NCBI RefSeq assembly: GCF_035084215.1
Contig: NC_090370.1
Coordinates: 21,266,001 to 21,330,000, forward strand
Length of the DNA stretch: 64,000 nucleotides
DNA from: Heptranchias perlo
Lineage: Eukaryota
Direction of reading: 5' to 3'
Below, piece by piece: positions 52,400-64,000 of the stretch. How positions within the stretch are numbered: position 1 is the first letter of the stretch; each line of letters begins with the position of its first letter. A model generated the notes under the pieces. It saw only the letters and a program-made list of their open reading frames with translations, had not been told where the DNA came from and ran no database searches. Made by a program: the position numbers and the translations under genes.

Positions 52400-53340
52400 G
52401 TGCGGTGCCCAGAACTGAACACAGTTCTCGAAATGAGGTCTAACCAGAGCTCTGTATAACTGTGACATAACTTCCACTCCTTTTTATTCCAGTTCCCTTG
52501 AGATAAAGATCAAAATTTAATCTCCATTTCACCTTATATTTTTAGTGAATTCTGTACTTGGACCCCTAAATCTCTCTCCTCCCCCACAGTTCCTATCTTC
52601 TTGCCATTTAGAAAATACTCGGATCTATCTTTTTAAGGTCCCAAGTGGATGACCTCACACTTTCCCACGTTGAAATCCATCTGCCACTGTTTTGCCCACT
52701 CACTTATTCTATCAATGTCCCTTTGCAACTTTCTGCTCCCATCTATAATGCTTACTGTGCCACCTAACTTAGTTTCGTCAGCACACTGGGATAGAAGGTT
52801 CTCTACATAAGAATAGAACAGATAGAAGCAGGAGTCGGCCCGACGGCCCCTCGAGCCTGTTCCGCCATTCAATCAGACCATGGCTGATCTTCGACCTCAA
52901 CTCCACTTTCCCGCCATCCCCATATCCCTTGATTCCCCTAAAATCCAAAACTCGATCGATCTCAGACTTGAATATACTCAACGACTGAGCGTCCAAAGTC
53001 CTGTGGGTGAGAGATGTCCGAAGATTCACAACCCTTTGAGTGAAGAATTTTTTCCTCATGTCGGTCCTAAATGGCCGACCCCTTATCTTGAGAATATGAC
53101 CTCTAGTTCTTGACATTCCAGCCAGGGGAATCAGCCTCTCAGCATCTACACTGTCAAGCCGGCTAAGAATTTTATACATTGCAATGTGATCACCTCTCTT
53201 TCTTCTAAACTCCAGCGAATGTCGGCCAATTTTACACACGATCTCCTCACAGTAAAATTGCAGCAAGTCCTCCTTATTCTTATATTCCAACACCCTTGCA
53301 ATAAAGACTAACATTTCATTTGCCTTCCTCACTCTCATTA
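52400..53340 (-). mobile_element. CR1 fragments (paralog of 3920-4860)
   Basis: ORFs 52633..52872 and 52778..53338. Confidence 0.85.
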
Positions 53341-53507
53341 GACCCTTGGCAACTCACGATTTCCAGTATGTTTTTCCTCCATTCATTCTATAGGGAAAAT
53401 AAATCATCGTTGAAAACATTTCTCTCTAATTATACCCGTTTGTGATTGGGGAACAAAATCCAGCTGAACGGCAACAAATTTGGAGGTTCTGAAGAAAGTA
53501 GATTAAT

Positions 53508-53564
53508 TGCAATCGCCGGGGATCGAACCCGGGGCAGCTATACTCACCACTATACCACCATCGC
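53508..53564 (-). pseudogene. tRNA-Gly pseudogene lacking the anticodon loop
   Basis: Reverse complement GCGATGGTGGTATAGTGGTGAGTATAGCTGCC/CCGGGTTCGATCCCCGGCGATTGCA; ~15-nt internal deletion. Confidence 0.78.
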
Positions 53565-54159
53565 TAAAAATAGCCATCAACAAAATAGTTCCCAACCATC
53601 AGATCCTGAACAGGCACTGCAGGCTGTTGCATTTTGTACTTCATTTCAACTGGTTTCTGACGGATCCTTTCTCGCTCTGTTGCAGTTCCCGTTTCCGCCC
53701 AGTCGATGACGCCAAGCCCCAATCAATGGAAATTACACAACAGCCAGTAATTGTTCACCTGATATCGGACTGAAGAGATAGTCGATCCCTGCAATACTTG
53801 ACCAGTGGAAATACACATTGCCGCAATTCACATCAGCCATCAAGTAAAGTTAAATAATTTCATTAAATTATTACGGAGACCTGACTGCCAACTGGGCACA
53901 AATGGCAGCTTAATATTCAAGTTTATAAGATCTTTAGAAAGGACAGAGAAGTAGGGAAAGGAGGAGGAGTAGCAATATTGCTAAAGGACAATATTACAGC
54001 AGTTGAAAGATAGAGTACCAGGGAGGGTGAGGGGGCAGTGTAAACACTCTGAGAGAGACCCATCAAAAGTGGCCCCACTGTATTCCTCCAGAAGGTATAA
54101 GAAGGCGAGTTAGGGAAGATTTCTTCATTCTTTGTGAAAGTGTTTGTGAGATTGTGGAA

Positions 54160-54284
54160 ATGCCTGGAAGAGGAAAATCCGGCGGTAAAGATCGGGCCAA
54201 GACCAAGTTTCGCTCATCCTGGGCAGGACTGCAGTTCCATGTGCGCCGTGTTCACAGGTCCTGCGAAAGGGGAACTATGCTGAA
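54160..54284 (+). pseudogene. H2A: Histone H2A pseudogene, 5' stub
   Basis: ATGCCTGGAAGAGGAAAATCC...GGGAACTATGCTGAA, then LINE sequence. Confidence 0.88.
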
Positions 54285-56095
54285 CTCTGAAGTCCTGTCA
54301 CATCCAGTCGTGAATGGTGGTGGATAATTAAACACATAACGGGAGGTGGAGGCTCTGTAAACATCCCCATCCTCAACGATGGCGGAGTCCAGCACGTGAG
54401 TGCAAAAGACAAGGCTGAAGCGTTTGCAACCATCTTCAGCCAGAAGTGCTGAATGGATGATCCATCTCGGCCTCCTCCCGATATCCCCACCATCAGAAAA
54501 GCGAGTCTTCAGCTAATTCGATTCACTCCACGTGATATCAAGAAACGGCTGAGTGCACTGAATACAGCAAAGGCTATGGGCCACGACAACAACCCGGCTG
54601 TAGTGCTGATGAATTGTGCTCCAGAACTAGTTGCGCCTCCAGCCAAGCTGTTCCAGTCCAGCGACAACACTGGCATCTACCCGACAATGTGGAAAATTGC
54701 CCAGGTATGTCCTGTTCACAAAAAGCAGGACAAATCCAATCCGGCCAATTACCGCCCCATCAGTCTACTCTCAATCATCAGCAAAGTGATGGAAGGTGTC
54801 TTCGACAGTGCTATCAAGTGGCACTTACTCACCAATAACCTGCTCACCGATGCTCAGTTTGGGTTCCGCCAGGATCACTCGGCTCCAGACCTCATTACAG
54901 CCTTGGTCCAAACATGGACAAAAGAGCTGAATTCCAGAGGTGAGGTGAGAGTGACTGCCCTTGACATCAAGGCAGCATTTGACCGAGTGCGGCAGCAAGG
55001 AGTCCTCGTAAAATTGATGTCAATGGGAATCAGGGGGAAAACTCTCCAGTGGCTGGAGTCATACCTAGCAAAAAGGAAGATCGAAGTGGTTGTTGGTGGC
55101 CAATCATCTCAGCCCCAGGACATTGCTGCAGGAATTCCTCAAGGCAGTGTCCGAGGCCCAACCATCTTCAGCTGCTCCATCAATTACCTTCCCTCCATCA
55201 TACGGTCAGAAATGGGGATGTTCGCTGATGACTGCACAGTGTTCAGTTCCATTCGCAGTCTGAGCACGCATGCAGCAAGACCTGAACAACATCCAGGCTT
55301 GGGCTCATAAGTGGCAAGTAAAATTCGCGCCAGACAAATGCCAGGCAATGACCATCTCCAAAAAGAGAGAGTCTAACCACCTCCCCTTGACATTCAACGG
55401 CATTACCATCGCCACCATCAGCATCCTGGGGGTCACCATTGACCAGAAACTTAACTGGACCAGCCATATAAATACTGTGGCTACAAGAGCAGGTCAGAGG
55501 CTGGGTATTCTGCGGCGAGTGACTCACCTCTTGACTCCCCAAAGCCTTTCCACCATCTGCAAGGCACAAGTCAGGAGTGTGATGGAATAATCTCCACTTG
55601 CCTGGATGAGTGCAGCTCCAACAACACTCAAGAAGCTCGACAACATCCAGGACAAAGCAGCCCGCTTGATTGGCACCCCATCCACCACCCTAAACCTTCA
55701 CTCCCTTCACCACCGGCACACTGTGGCTGCAGTGTGTACCATCCACAGGATGCACTGCAGCAACTCGCCAAGGCTTCTTCGACATCACCTCCCAAACCCG
55801 CGACCTCTACCACCTAGAAGGACAAGAGCAGCAGGTACATGGGAACAACACCACCTGCACGTTCTGCTCCAAGTCAAACACCATCTCGACTTGTAAATAT
55901 ATCGCCGTTCCTTCATCGTCGCTGGGTTAAAATCCTGGAACTCCCTTCCTAACAGCACTGTGGGAGAACCTTCACCACACAGACTGCAGCGGTTCAAGAA
56001 GGCGGCTCACCACCACCTTCTCAAGGGCAATTAGGGATGGGGATGAAATGCCGGCCTCACCAGCGACGCCCACATCCCATGAACACATAAAACAA
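54285..56095 (+). mobile_element. 5'-truncated LINE (same family as 575-2308) replacing most of H2A
   Basis: ORFs 54453..55310 (NYRPISLLS, QFGFR, FADD), 55270..55590, 55606..55896; A-rich tail followed by H2A 3' UTR AGATTTAATCT. Confidence 0.92.
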
Positions 56096-56139
56096 AGATT
56101 TAATCTAATAACAGGACCAAACTTATTAAATCATTTGAA

Positions 56140-57140
56140 GAAGGAACAGATAGACTAGGTTCATGTTGTAGATGTGATATATTTGGATTTTCCGAAGGCC
56201 TTCGATAATGTACCGCATTGTAGACTCATGGCTAAGTTCAGAGCACGTGGACAGGTTTTAGAATGGATCGGAAGCTGGCTACAAAACAGAAAACCGAGAA
56301 TAGAGGTCCAGGGTCGGTACTCAGACTGGCAAAAGTTGGGAAGTGGAGTTCCACAGGAATCGGTGCTGGGAACACTGTTCTTCACAATTTACAATAATGA
56401 TTTGGATTCCGGAATCGGATGTACAATTTCAAAATTTGCCGATGACATCAAATTGGGGGATGTCTTTAATACAAAGGAAGAATGTGTCAAAATTCAAGAG
56501 GACATTAATAAACTTGCAGAATGAAGAATAAGGAGATCACATACTGTTTGGATAATAAGAGTCTAAACGGGATAGAGGAGCAAAGAGATCTCATGGTGCA
56601 GATGAACAAATTACTGAAAGTAGCGACGCTGGTGATAAAAAGGCAAATCAAACACTAGGATTCATTTCTAGAGGGATAGTATTGAAAAGCTAAGAAGTTA
56701 TGTTAAACGAGTATGGAATCTTGGTTCGACCACATTTGGAATAGTGCGAACAGTTCTGGTCTCCATATTATAGACATAGGGGCATTGGAGAAGATGCAAA
56801 TAAGATTCACAAGGATGATACCAGAAATGAAAGGATATTCTTATCAGGAAAGGCTGAGCAGACTGGGTCTCGTTTCAGTAGAAAAGTGAAGGCTGAGGGT
56901 TGACCTGATAAAATTTTTAAAGATAATGATAGGGTTTCTCAGGATAGCTGAGGCCAATAGTATTGATGCATTTAAGGGGAAGATAGATCAGCACATGAGA
57001 GAGAAAGGAATAGAAGGATATGCCGATAGGGTTAGATGAAGTCAGGAAGGAGGAGGCGCGTGAGCAGCAGAAACGCCGGCATCAGAGCAATTGGGCCGAA
57101 TGGCCTGTTTCTGTGCCGTAGTTTCGATGTAACTCGATGT
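56140..57140 (+). mobile_element. CR1 RT fragment in the H2A 3' UTR
   Basis: ORF 56174..56524; reverse complement of 45066-46060. Confidence 0.88.
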
Positions 57141-57143
57141 AAA

Positions 57144-57159
57144 GGCTCTTTTCAGAGCC
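57144..57159 (+). terminator. Histone stem-loop
   Basis: GGCTCTTTTCAGAGCC ACCCA. Confidence 0.88.
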
Positions 57160-59117
57160 ACCCACTGTATCTGTGAAAGGACTGGTTACTGTCTGAAGGG
57201 AGACGCTGATATCATGCTACCAGTGTTGCTTTGAGCTGCTTTTTTCTCGTTTTGGACGAGATGAGGTATTAATGGGACTGGAGTCGGTGCACCGACCACA
57301 TTCCGGTACTTTAAACGGTAACTTATGGACCCCAGTCCACACATCACCAGATTTCTTGTATTTATTTCAACTACTTGCCATGCTGGGCTCGTAAAGCATC
57401 ACCAGAACTGCTCGACTAACCTTTCAACATCTGTGGGATTCAGCGCTTCGCTCCGTTTCTGTTCTATTTTGTTGGATTATTTACATAACGCATCAAACTC
57501 ACTGGGGAATCACTGAAATGTAACTCTGTACAGAAACAAATAACAGTGAACGGCCTGGTCCCCAGGAGAACAGAAATATGATTCGCCTTTCGCCTTATTG
57601 ACAAATACACCGTGTTTCGAGTCCACCTCCCCGCGTTGGTTCCACATGGGGATCAAATAGAGAGGGCGGGAGGGGAGGAGACAGAGTGATGGACAGGGCG
57701 GAGAGCGGCCTCTGATCTTCCAGCTCCACCTCCAGCTTTCTCCACCGGCAATTTCGAACCGTTTATTGATAATAGAACCGAAAGACAGCGGTCCGCACAA
57801 ACCCTTGCAGACTCGGGCTTCATATTCAAGGATTCCCAGGAACCCGGAGCTTTTAAATAAGCCCCGTTACAATTAACAGTCAGTAATATTCCTGCCGAAA
57901 TACAGTCCCTTCTATAACGAGTCAACCCGCCTGCTTCCATTTCAGTCCCACTCCCGATTCTATCTCCCCACACATCCCCTCCCAGACGGGTTCAGCATTT
58001 CACAAACACCTTATTCCAGCTGATTTGGAGAATCTCATGTGTTGGGGTTGAGTTGTGACGCGGAGTTTCTCCGCCAGTGTTACCGTCTCACAGAGACTCT
58101 CGCCCTGAATCTGTGAAAAGAAAATGACCATGAACTGGGAGTGGAGCCGAACCCATCCCCAGTTACAGTGAGGCCCGGACACCCCATTCTCTCTGTTTAT
58201 ATTAGACAGTATCCCACCTTCATGTCCAGCACCAGAGAGAGAGACACACACACATACACACTTTCAATCTTACACTTCATTGTGTTCATATCAACCCCAA
58301 CAGCTGCATCCAACCTTCATATGCAGCATCAGAGCGGGAGAGAAAGAGAGACTGATACGATCACAGAGCGAGCGGAGAGGCACAGCGCCACAGTATCAGT
58401 TCCAGTCTGACCTGTAAAGTTGCGTTTTATGCAGAAAATCCCGTTGGAGAGACAGAAGATGCATTCTTATCTCTCACTGATATACCAAAGACGGACACAC
58501 TATTAATCCAACAGTCAGCGACAGTGCAGAGAGTGAGAAAATCAATGTGGGCCGAATTTAACACTGTCTTGCCTGTTGTACCATATTCGGTTTTGCAAAT
58601 CAGATCCGTTCGCGATGACTCTCAGTGACCGAGAGTCTCACTCTGATTATATTAACCTGGGACTGTTGCTGTCAGGTATTAATCCTGCACAGTACCAGCA
58701 AATACACCGACTCCAACGTTTCTCCTATGTTTCTCCAGGATTGGTTTGAGAAATCCTGCCTTCAGTTTCGGAGTCACACGTTACTTAATCGGTAAAGGGG
58801 CCAAGAATGAACAGAACCCATTGGCTCATTTCAAAACGTCCCACTTTATCTCTGAAAGTCTATTTACCATCAAAAGATACCGAGAGAAACAGCAGGGATG
58901 GAAACATCTCGTTTAACAGTTGGAGATTGTAAAGTCAGTCTGGATTCCAGCGTTCGGCACTGGTGGAATCCCATCTGTTTCCCATTCTGGTGCCTGTTCC
59001 TGCACTGCCTGTGGACCCCATTCCCTCTGACCTTTCCCCCACTTCCTTTGCTCAGACTCTGAAAAATTCCAATTGGGGAAAGTTTCCATCGATTTTTGTA
59101 TTGGGAATTAAACCAGA

Positions 59118-59510
59118 TATCTGCGCATGCGTGACTCAGCCCCGCCCCCAGCGCTGTTTGCTGGTGAGCAGAAGAGCGCATGCGCGCTCCCCTCCCCAGC
59201 TCGGCCTGTGGGCGCCATTCCCTCAGTGAGCGGAAGAAGATGGTTTAAAACAGCCGGGAATGGAGAGATCACGGCCCCCGGGGGAAGGGAGCAAAGAGCA
59301 GCCTCGTTACAGCAGCTCATCGCTTCGGGACCGTGTCCGCAGATGGGCTCAGAGATCGGCATTGAGTCCGGGGGAAGGTCAGGGGGAGTCCGGGGGCTGT
59401 TTGTAAGAGGCGGAGTGGATCAGGATCTCGTCCCGGAACATGGAGTGAGCGGGGGAAGGGAGAGGTCATTCTCGGGCTGTGTGTGTGCAGGGTGTGTCCA
59501 GGGTGAGGGA
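59118..59510 (+). promoter_or_regulatory. CpG-rich promoter-like element, copy 4
   Basis: Paralog of 8055-8400. Confidence 0.6.
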
Positions 59511-60999
59511 GAGAGAATGGGAAGAACCTGCTATTAAAATCATTGCTGCTTTCTCTCCCCAAACCAGGAGTGAATTGTTCCTGGTTTATTTCCAGTTTCA
59601 CCCTGTTTATTGTGATTGGACAGTGAACAGTGGAAACAGAGCCGGACAGTCAGGACGTGGGGAGTGAAACAAAGAGCATCTGTTGCAGGCACCAGGTGAG
59701 AAGTGTGAAGGACACATTTTAAACAGCAGCTCTTTGCTTTCAGTTGAACGGTTCATCCCATGGGAGAGGGGATTAGAAACCTGACCGGTACAAAGGCCCC
59801 TCCCCATCGGGTAGTCCCATTCATGGATCAGTGCAGGGGTTGGGTTGTGTCTGGATATCACTAAATTGTTTTAAAATCGCCCAACACACCTGGTATACAG
59901 AAGCTGAGTGCTGCAGTACTGCAGTGGAGTCAGACACTGACACTCTTTGTATCACTGGTTTTCATTTGTGGATATTCAAAATAATTATTAACAGAGATAT
60001 TAAACTGATCACTTTTGTATTTTCTCCCTCACCTGTTCTTGAGTTACAAGAGATACGTTTCTTTCCACAGGCAAACCATTGAAGGATCCAGAATGAATGT
60101 GAAGTTTCCTCCACCCAAGGCAAAGGAACAGTGCAGCCAGCTCCTTCTCACACACAGTAGGTATATTATCATTCACAGAGCACAGAGACACAGACAGGCC
60201 ATCAGGTCCACAGTCTCAGACAGCAGAAGTGGTCAGTCCCACACTGATCCCAGGTTCCAGAGACACATTTTCAATCCAACAGTCAAACAGAGCAGGTGAG
60301 GCAGACGCAGTTTCCATTTCCCCCGAACTCAGTCCCGCTGACAGGAAGATACAAAAATCCCAGTCCAAAGTCACGCTTTCAGTTTGTCCATTTCACAAAA
60401 GGGCAACATTAGCCATGAATTAAATACCAGATACCCCGAGATTCAAATTGAATACTCGCCCAGAACTCTCACACACACTTGAGTTTAATTCATGCAGTAT
60501 CCATTCGAATAGCTTATGAAGAGATACAAATTGCAAGTCCAAAACTCATGTACAGTATCAGTTTGAGAAATGCTGTGACAGTGTAACCTGAGAAACAAAT
60601 TAGATACCAGTTTATAATACACTCATAGTATGAGATTTAAAGATACAGCATCAATTCTATTTGCACAGACTGAGATACACATGACACATGAGTCGAAAAA
60701 TCTTATAAAATAAATTTAAAGATGCAGTATCAATTAATTTAGTACAGACTCATCCACACATTATATACCAATTCAAAAATATCAGTTTTAAAGATACATT
60801 ATCATTCACAATAATACTCACAGAGATACAGATTTAATAGGAGTCCAAAAAGCACACAAATTATCTGATTAAAACCTCCAGCATCAAATCCTAAAGTGTA
60901 TCCATATTTACCAACGACAAAATGAGAAAAAAATATTTCAACATGAAGGTATTAAAGTTACAGTATTGAACACCATAACGTAATCTGAGCGAATAATTA

Positions 61000-63900
61000 T
61001 ATACAGATACAGAATGAATCTCACACACAGATACAGTACAGAGACACACAGACACAGAATGAATCCCACACTCAAACACCATACCAGAGACTGACAGAAG
61101 CAGAAGGAATCCCAAACTCACATCCAGCATGAGAGGTTGCCAGACATAGAGTGAATCCCACACACAAGTATGGTACCAGAGATGACAGATAGAGAATGAA
61201 TCCCACACAGGCATACAGCACCAAGGACTGACTGATACCGAGTTCATCCCACACTCTCATAAAGCACGAGAGACTGAGAGGTAAAGTAAGAATCGCATGC
61301 TCACACATAGTACCAGCGACTGACAGATACAGAATGAATCCCGCACTCACACAGAGTACCAGAGACTGACAGATACAGAATGAATCCCAAGCTCAAACAC
61401 AGTAGCTCAGATTGACAGCTTCAGAATTAATCCAACACTCACACACAGGACCAGTGACTGACAGACACAGAATGAATCCCACATTCACACACAGTACCAG
61501 AGATTGACAGATGCAGAATGAATCCCACATTCACACACAATACCAGAGACAGAGAGATAGAGAATGAATCCCACACTCAAACATCGTACCAGAGACTGCC
61601 AGATACAGAATGAATCCCACACTCACACACAGTAGCAGAGACTGACCGACACACAATTAATCCCACATTCACAAACAGGACCAGTGACTGACAGACACAG
61701 AATGAATCCCAGAATAACACACAGTGACAGAGACTGACTGATACAGAATGAATCCCACACTCACACACAGTACCAGAGATTGACAGATGCAGAATGAATC
61801 CCACATTCACATACAGTACCAGAGACAGAGAGATAGAGAATGAATCCCACACTCAAACATCGTACCAGAGACTGCCAGATACAGAATGAATCCCACACTC
61901 ACACACAGTAGCAGAGACTGACCGATACACAATTAATCCCACATTCACAAACAGTACCAGTGACTGACAGATACAGAATGAATCCCAGAATAACACACAG
62001 CGACAGAGACTGACTGATACAGAATGAATCCCGCACTCACACACAGTACCAGAGTCTGTCAGATGCAGAATGAATCCCACACTCACGTACAGTACCAGAG
62101 ACTGATAGAAACAGAATGAATCCCACACTCACACACAGCACCAGAGACTGACAGATACAGAATGAATCCCAAACTCACACAAAGAACCAGAGACTGACAG
62201 GCACAAAATGAATCACACACTCACACACAGTACAAGAGACTGACAGATGCAAAATGAATCCCACATTCACACACAGTACCAGAGACTGACAGATACAGAA
62301 TGAATCCCACACTCACACATCGTACCAGAGACTGACAGGTGCAGAATGAATCCCACACTCCAAAACTGCAGCTGAGATTGAAAGCAACAGAATGAATCCC
62401 ACACTCACACGCAGTACCAGAGACTGACCGATACACAATGAATCCCACATTCACAAACAGCACCAGTGACTGATAGATACAGAATGAATGACACACTCAA
62501 ACACAGTACCAGAGACTGACAGATGCAGAATGAATCCCACACTCACACATGGGACCAGAGTCTGACAGATACAGAATGAATCCGAAACGCAAACACAGTA
62601 TCAGAGAGTGACAGGTACAGAATGAATCCCACACTCACACACAGTACCAGAGACTGACAGGTGCAGAATGAATCCCACATTCACACATAGTACCAGAGAC
62701 AGAGAGATACAGAATGAATCCCACACTCACATTCAGTACCAGACGCTGACAGATACAGAATGAATCCCACACTGACCAACCACACCAGAGACTGACAGAT
62801 ACAGAATGAATCCCACACTCACACACAGTAACAGCGACTGACAGATAGAGAATGAATCCCACACTGACCGACCACACCAGAGACTGACAGATACAGAATG
62901 AATCCCACACTGACCGACCACACCAGAGACTGACAGATACAGAATGAATCCCACACTCACACACAGCACCAGAGACTGGCACATACAGAATGAATCCCAC
63001 ACTCACACACAGTACCAGAGAATGACAGATAAAGAATGAATCCCACACGAACACACAGTACCAGAGACTGACAGATACAGAATGAATCCCACACTCATAC
63101 ACCTTACCAGAGACTGACAGATACAGAATGAATCCCACACTCACACACAGTACCAGAGACTGACAGATACAGAATGTATCCCACATTCACAAACAGTACC
63201 AGAGACTGACAGATACAGAATGAATCCCACACTCACACACAGTACCAGAGACTGACAGACACAGAATGTATCCCACAATCACAAACAGTACCAGAGTCTG
63301 ACAGATACAGAATGAATCCCACACTCACACATAGTACCTGAGACTGACAGATACAAAATGAATCCTGCACTCACACACAGTACCAGTGACTGACAGTTGC
63401 AGAATGAATCCCACAGACTCACACACAGTCCCAGGAACTGACAGATACAGAATGAATCCCACACTCACACACACTACCAGAGACAGAGAGATACAGAATG
63501 AATCCCATACTCACATACTGTACCAGAGACAGAGAGATACAGAATGAATCCCACATTCCCACACAGTACCAGAGACAGAGAGATACAGAATGAATCCCAC
63601 ACTCACACATGGAACAGAGACTGACCGACACAGAATGAATCCCACACTCACATACAGTACCGAAGACTGACAGATGCAGAATGAATCCCACACTCACACA
63701 CAGGATCAGAGAGTGACAGACACAGAATGAATCCCACACTCACACACAGTGTCAGAGACTGACAGATACAGAATGAATCCCACACTCACACACAGTACCA
63801 CAGACTGACAGATACAGAATGAATCCCACACTCACACACAGTACCAGCGAGTGACAGATACAGAATGAATCCCACACTCACACACAGTATCAGAGACTGA

Positions 63901-64000
63901 CAGATGCAGAATGAATCCCACACTCACACACAGGATCAGAGAGTGACAGATACAGAATGAATCCCACACTCACACACAGGACCAGAGACTGACCGATACA
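61000..64000. repeat. 46-bp satellite array (about 65 units, continues past the window end)
   Basis: ACAGATACAGAATGAATCCCACACTCACACACAGTACCAGAGACTG. Confidence 0.96.

Noticed and set aside
61000-64000. CRISPR-like array or Cys/Val-rich ORFs (MWDSFCICQSLV...)
   Set aside because: Head-to-tail 46-bp satellite with no unique spacers or cas genes; the ORFs are translation artefacts of the repeat

Overview
Eukaryotic, repeat-rich vertebrate DNA; the LINE/SINE content and H1/H2B sequence style suggest a cartilaginous fish (inference). The window is part of a replication-dependent histone gene cluster undergoing birth-and-death evolution. It holds one quintet (H2B+, frameshifted H2A+, H3-, H4-, H1-; 15072-21339), a second intact H2B/H2A pair on the minus strand (29566-31536), one truncated H2B and three further H2A pseudogenes. 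All full-length genes and four H2A pseudogenes carry 3' stem-loops. These genes sit in a recurring cassette: tRNA-Gly relic, histone genes, a CpG-rich NRF1/ETS promoter-like element with putative non-coding exons, then 82-bp and 46-bp satellite arrays. The cassette occurs in direct and inverted copies, and ~29040-47220 is inverted relative to both flanks. Insertions include CR1-group LINEs, a decayed hAT (ZBED5/Buster-like) transposon in two copies, a tRNA-headed SINE, and a palindromic Penelope-like element with a GIY-YIG fragment, a target-site duplication and two minimal hammerhead ribozymes. No CRISPR or prokaryotic features. Repeat boundaries were read by eye and are approximate.
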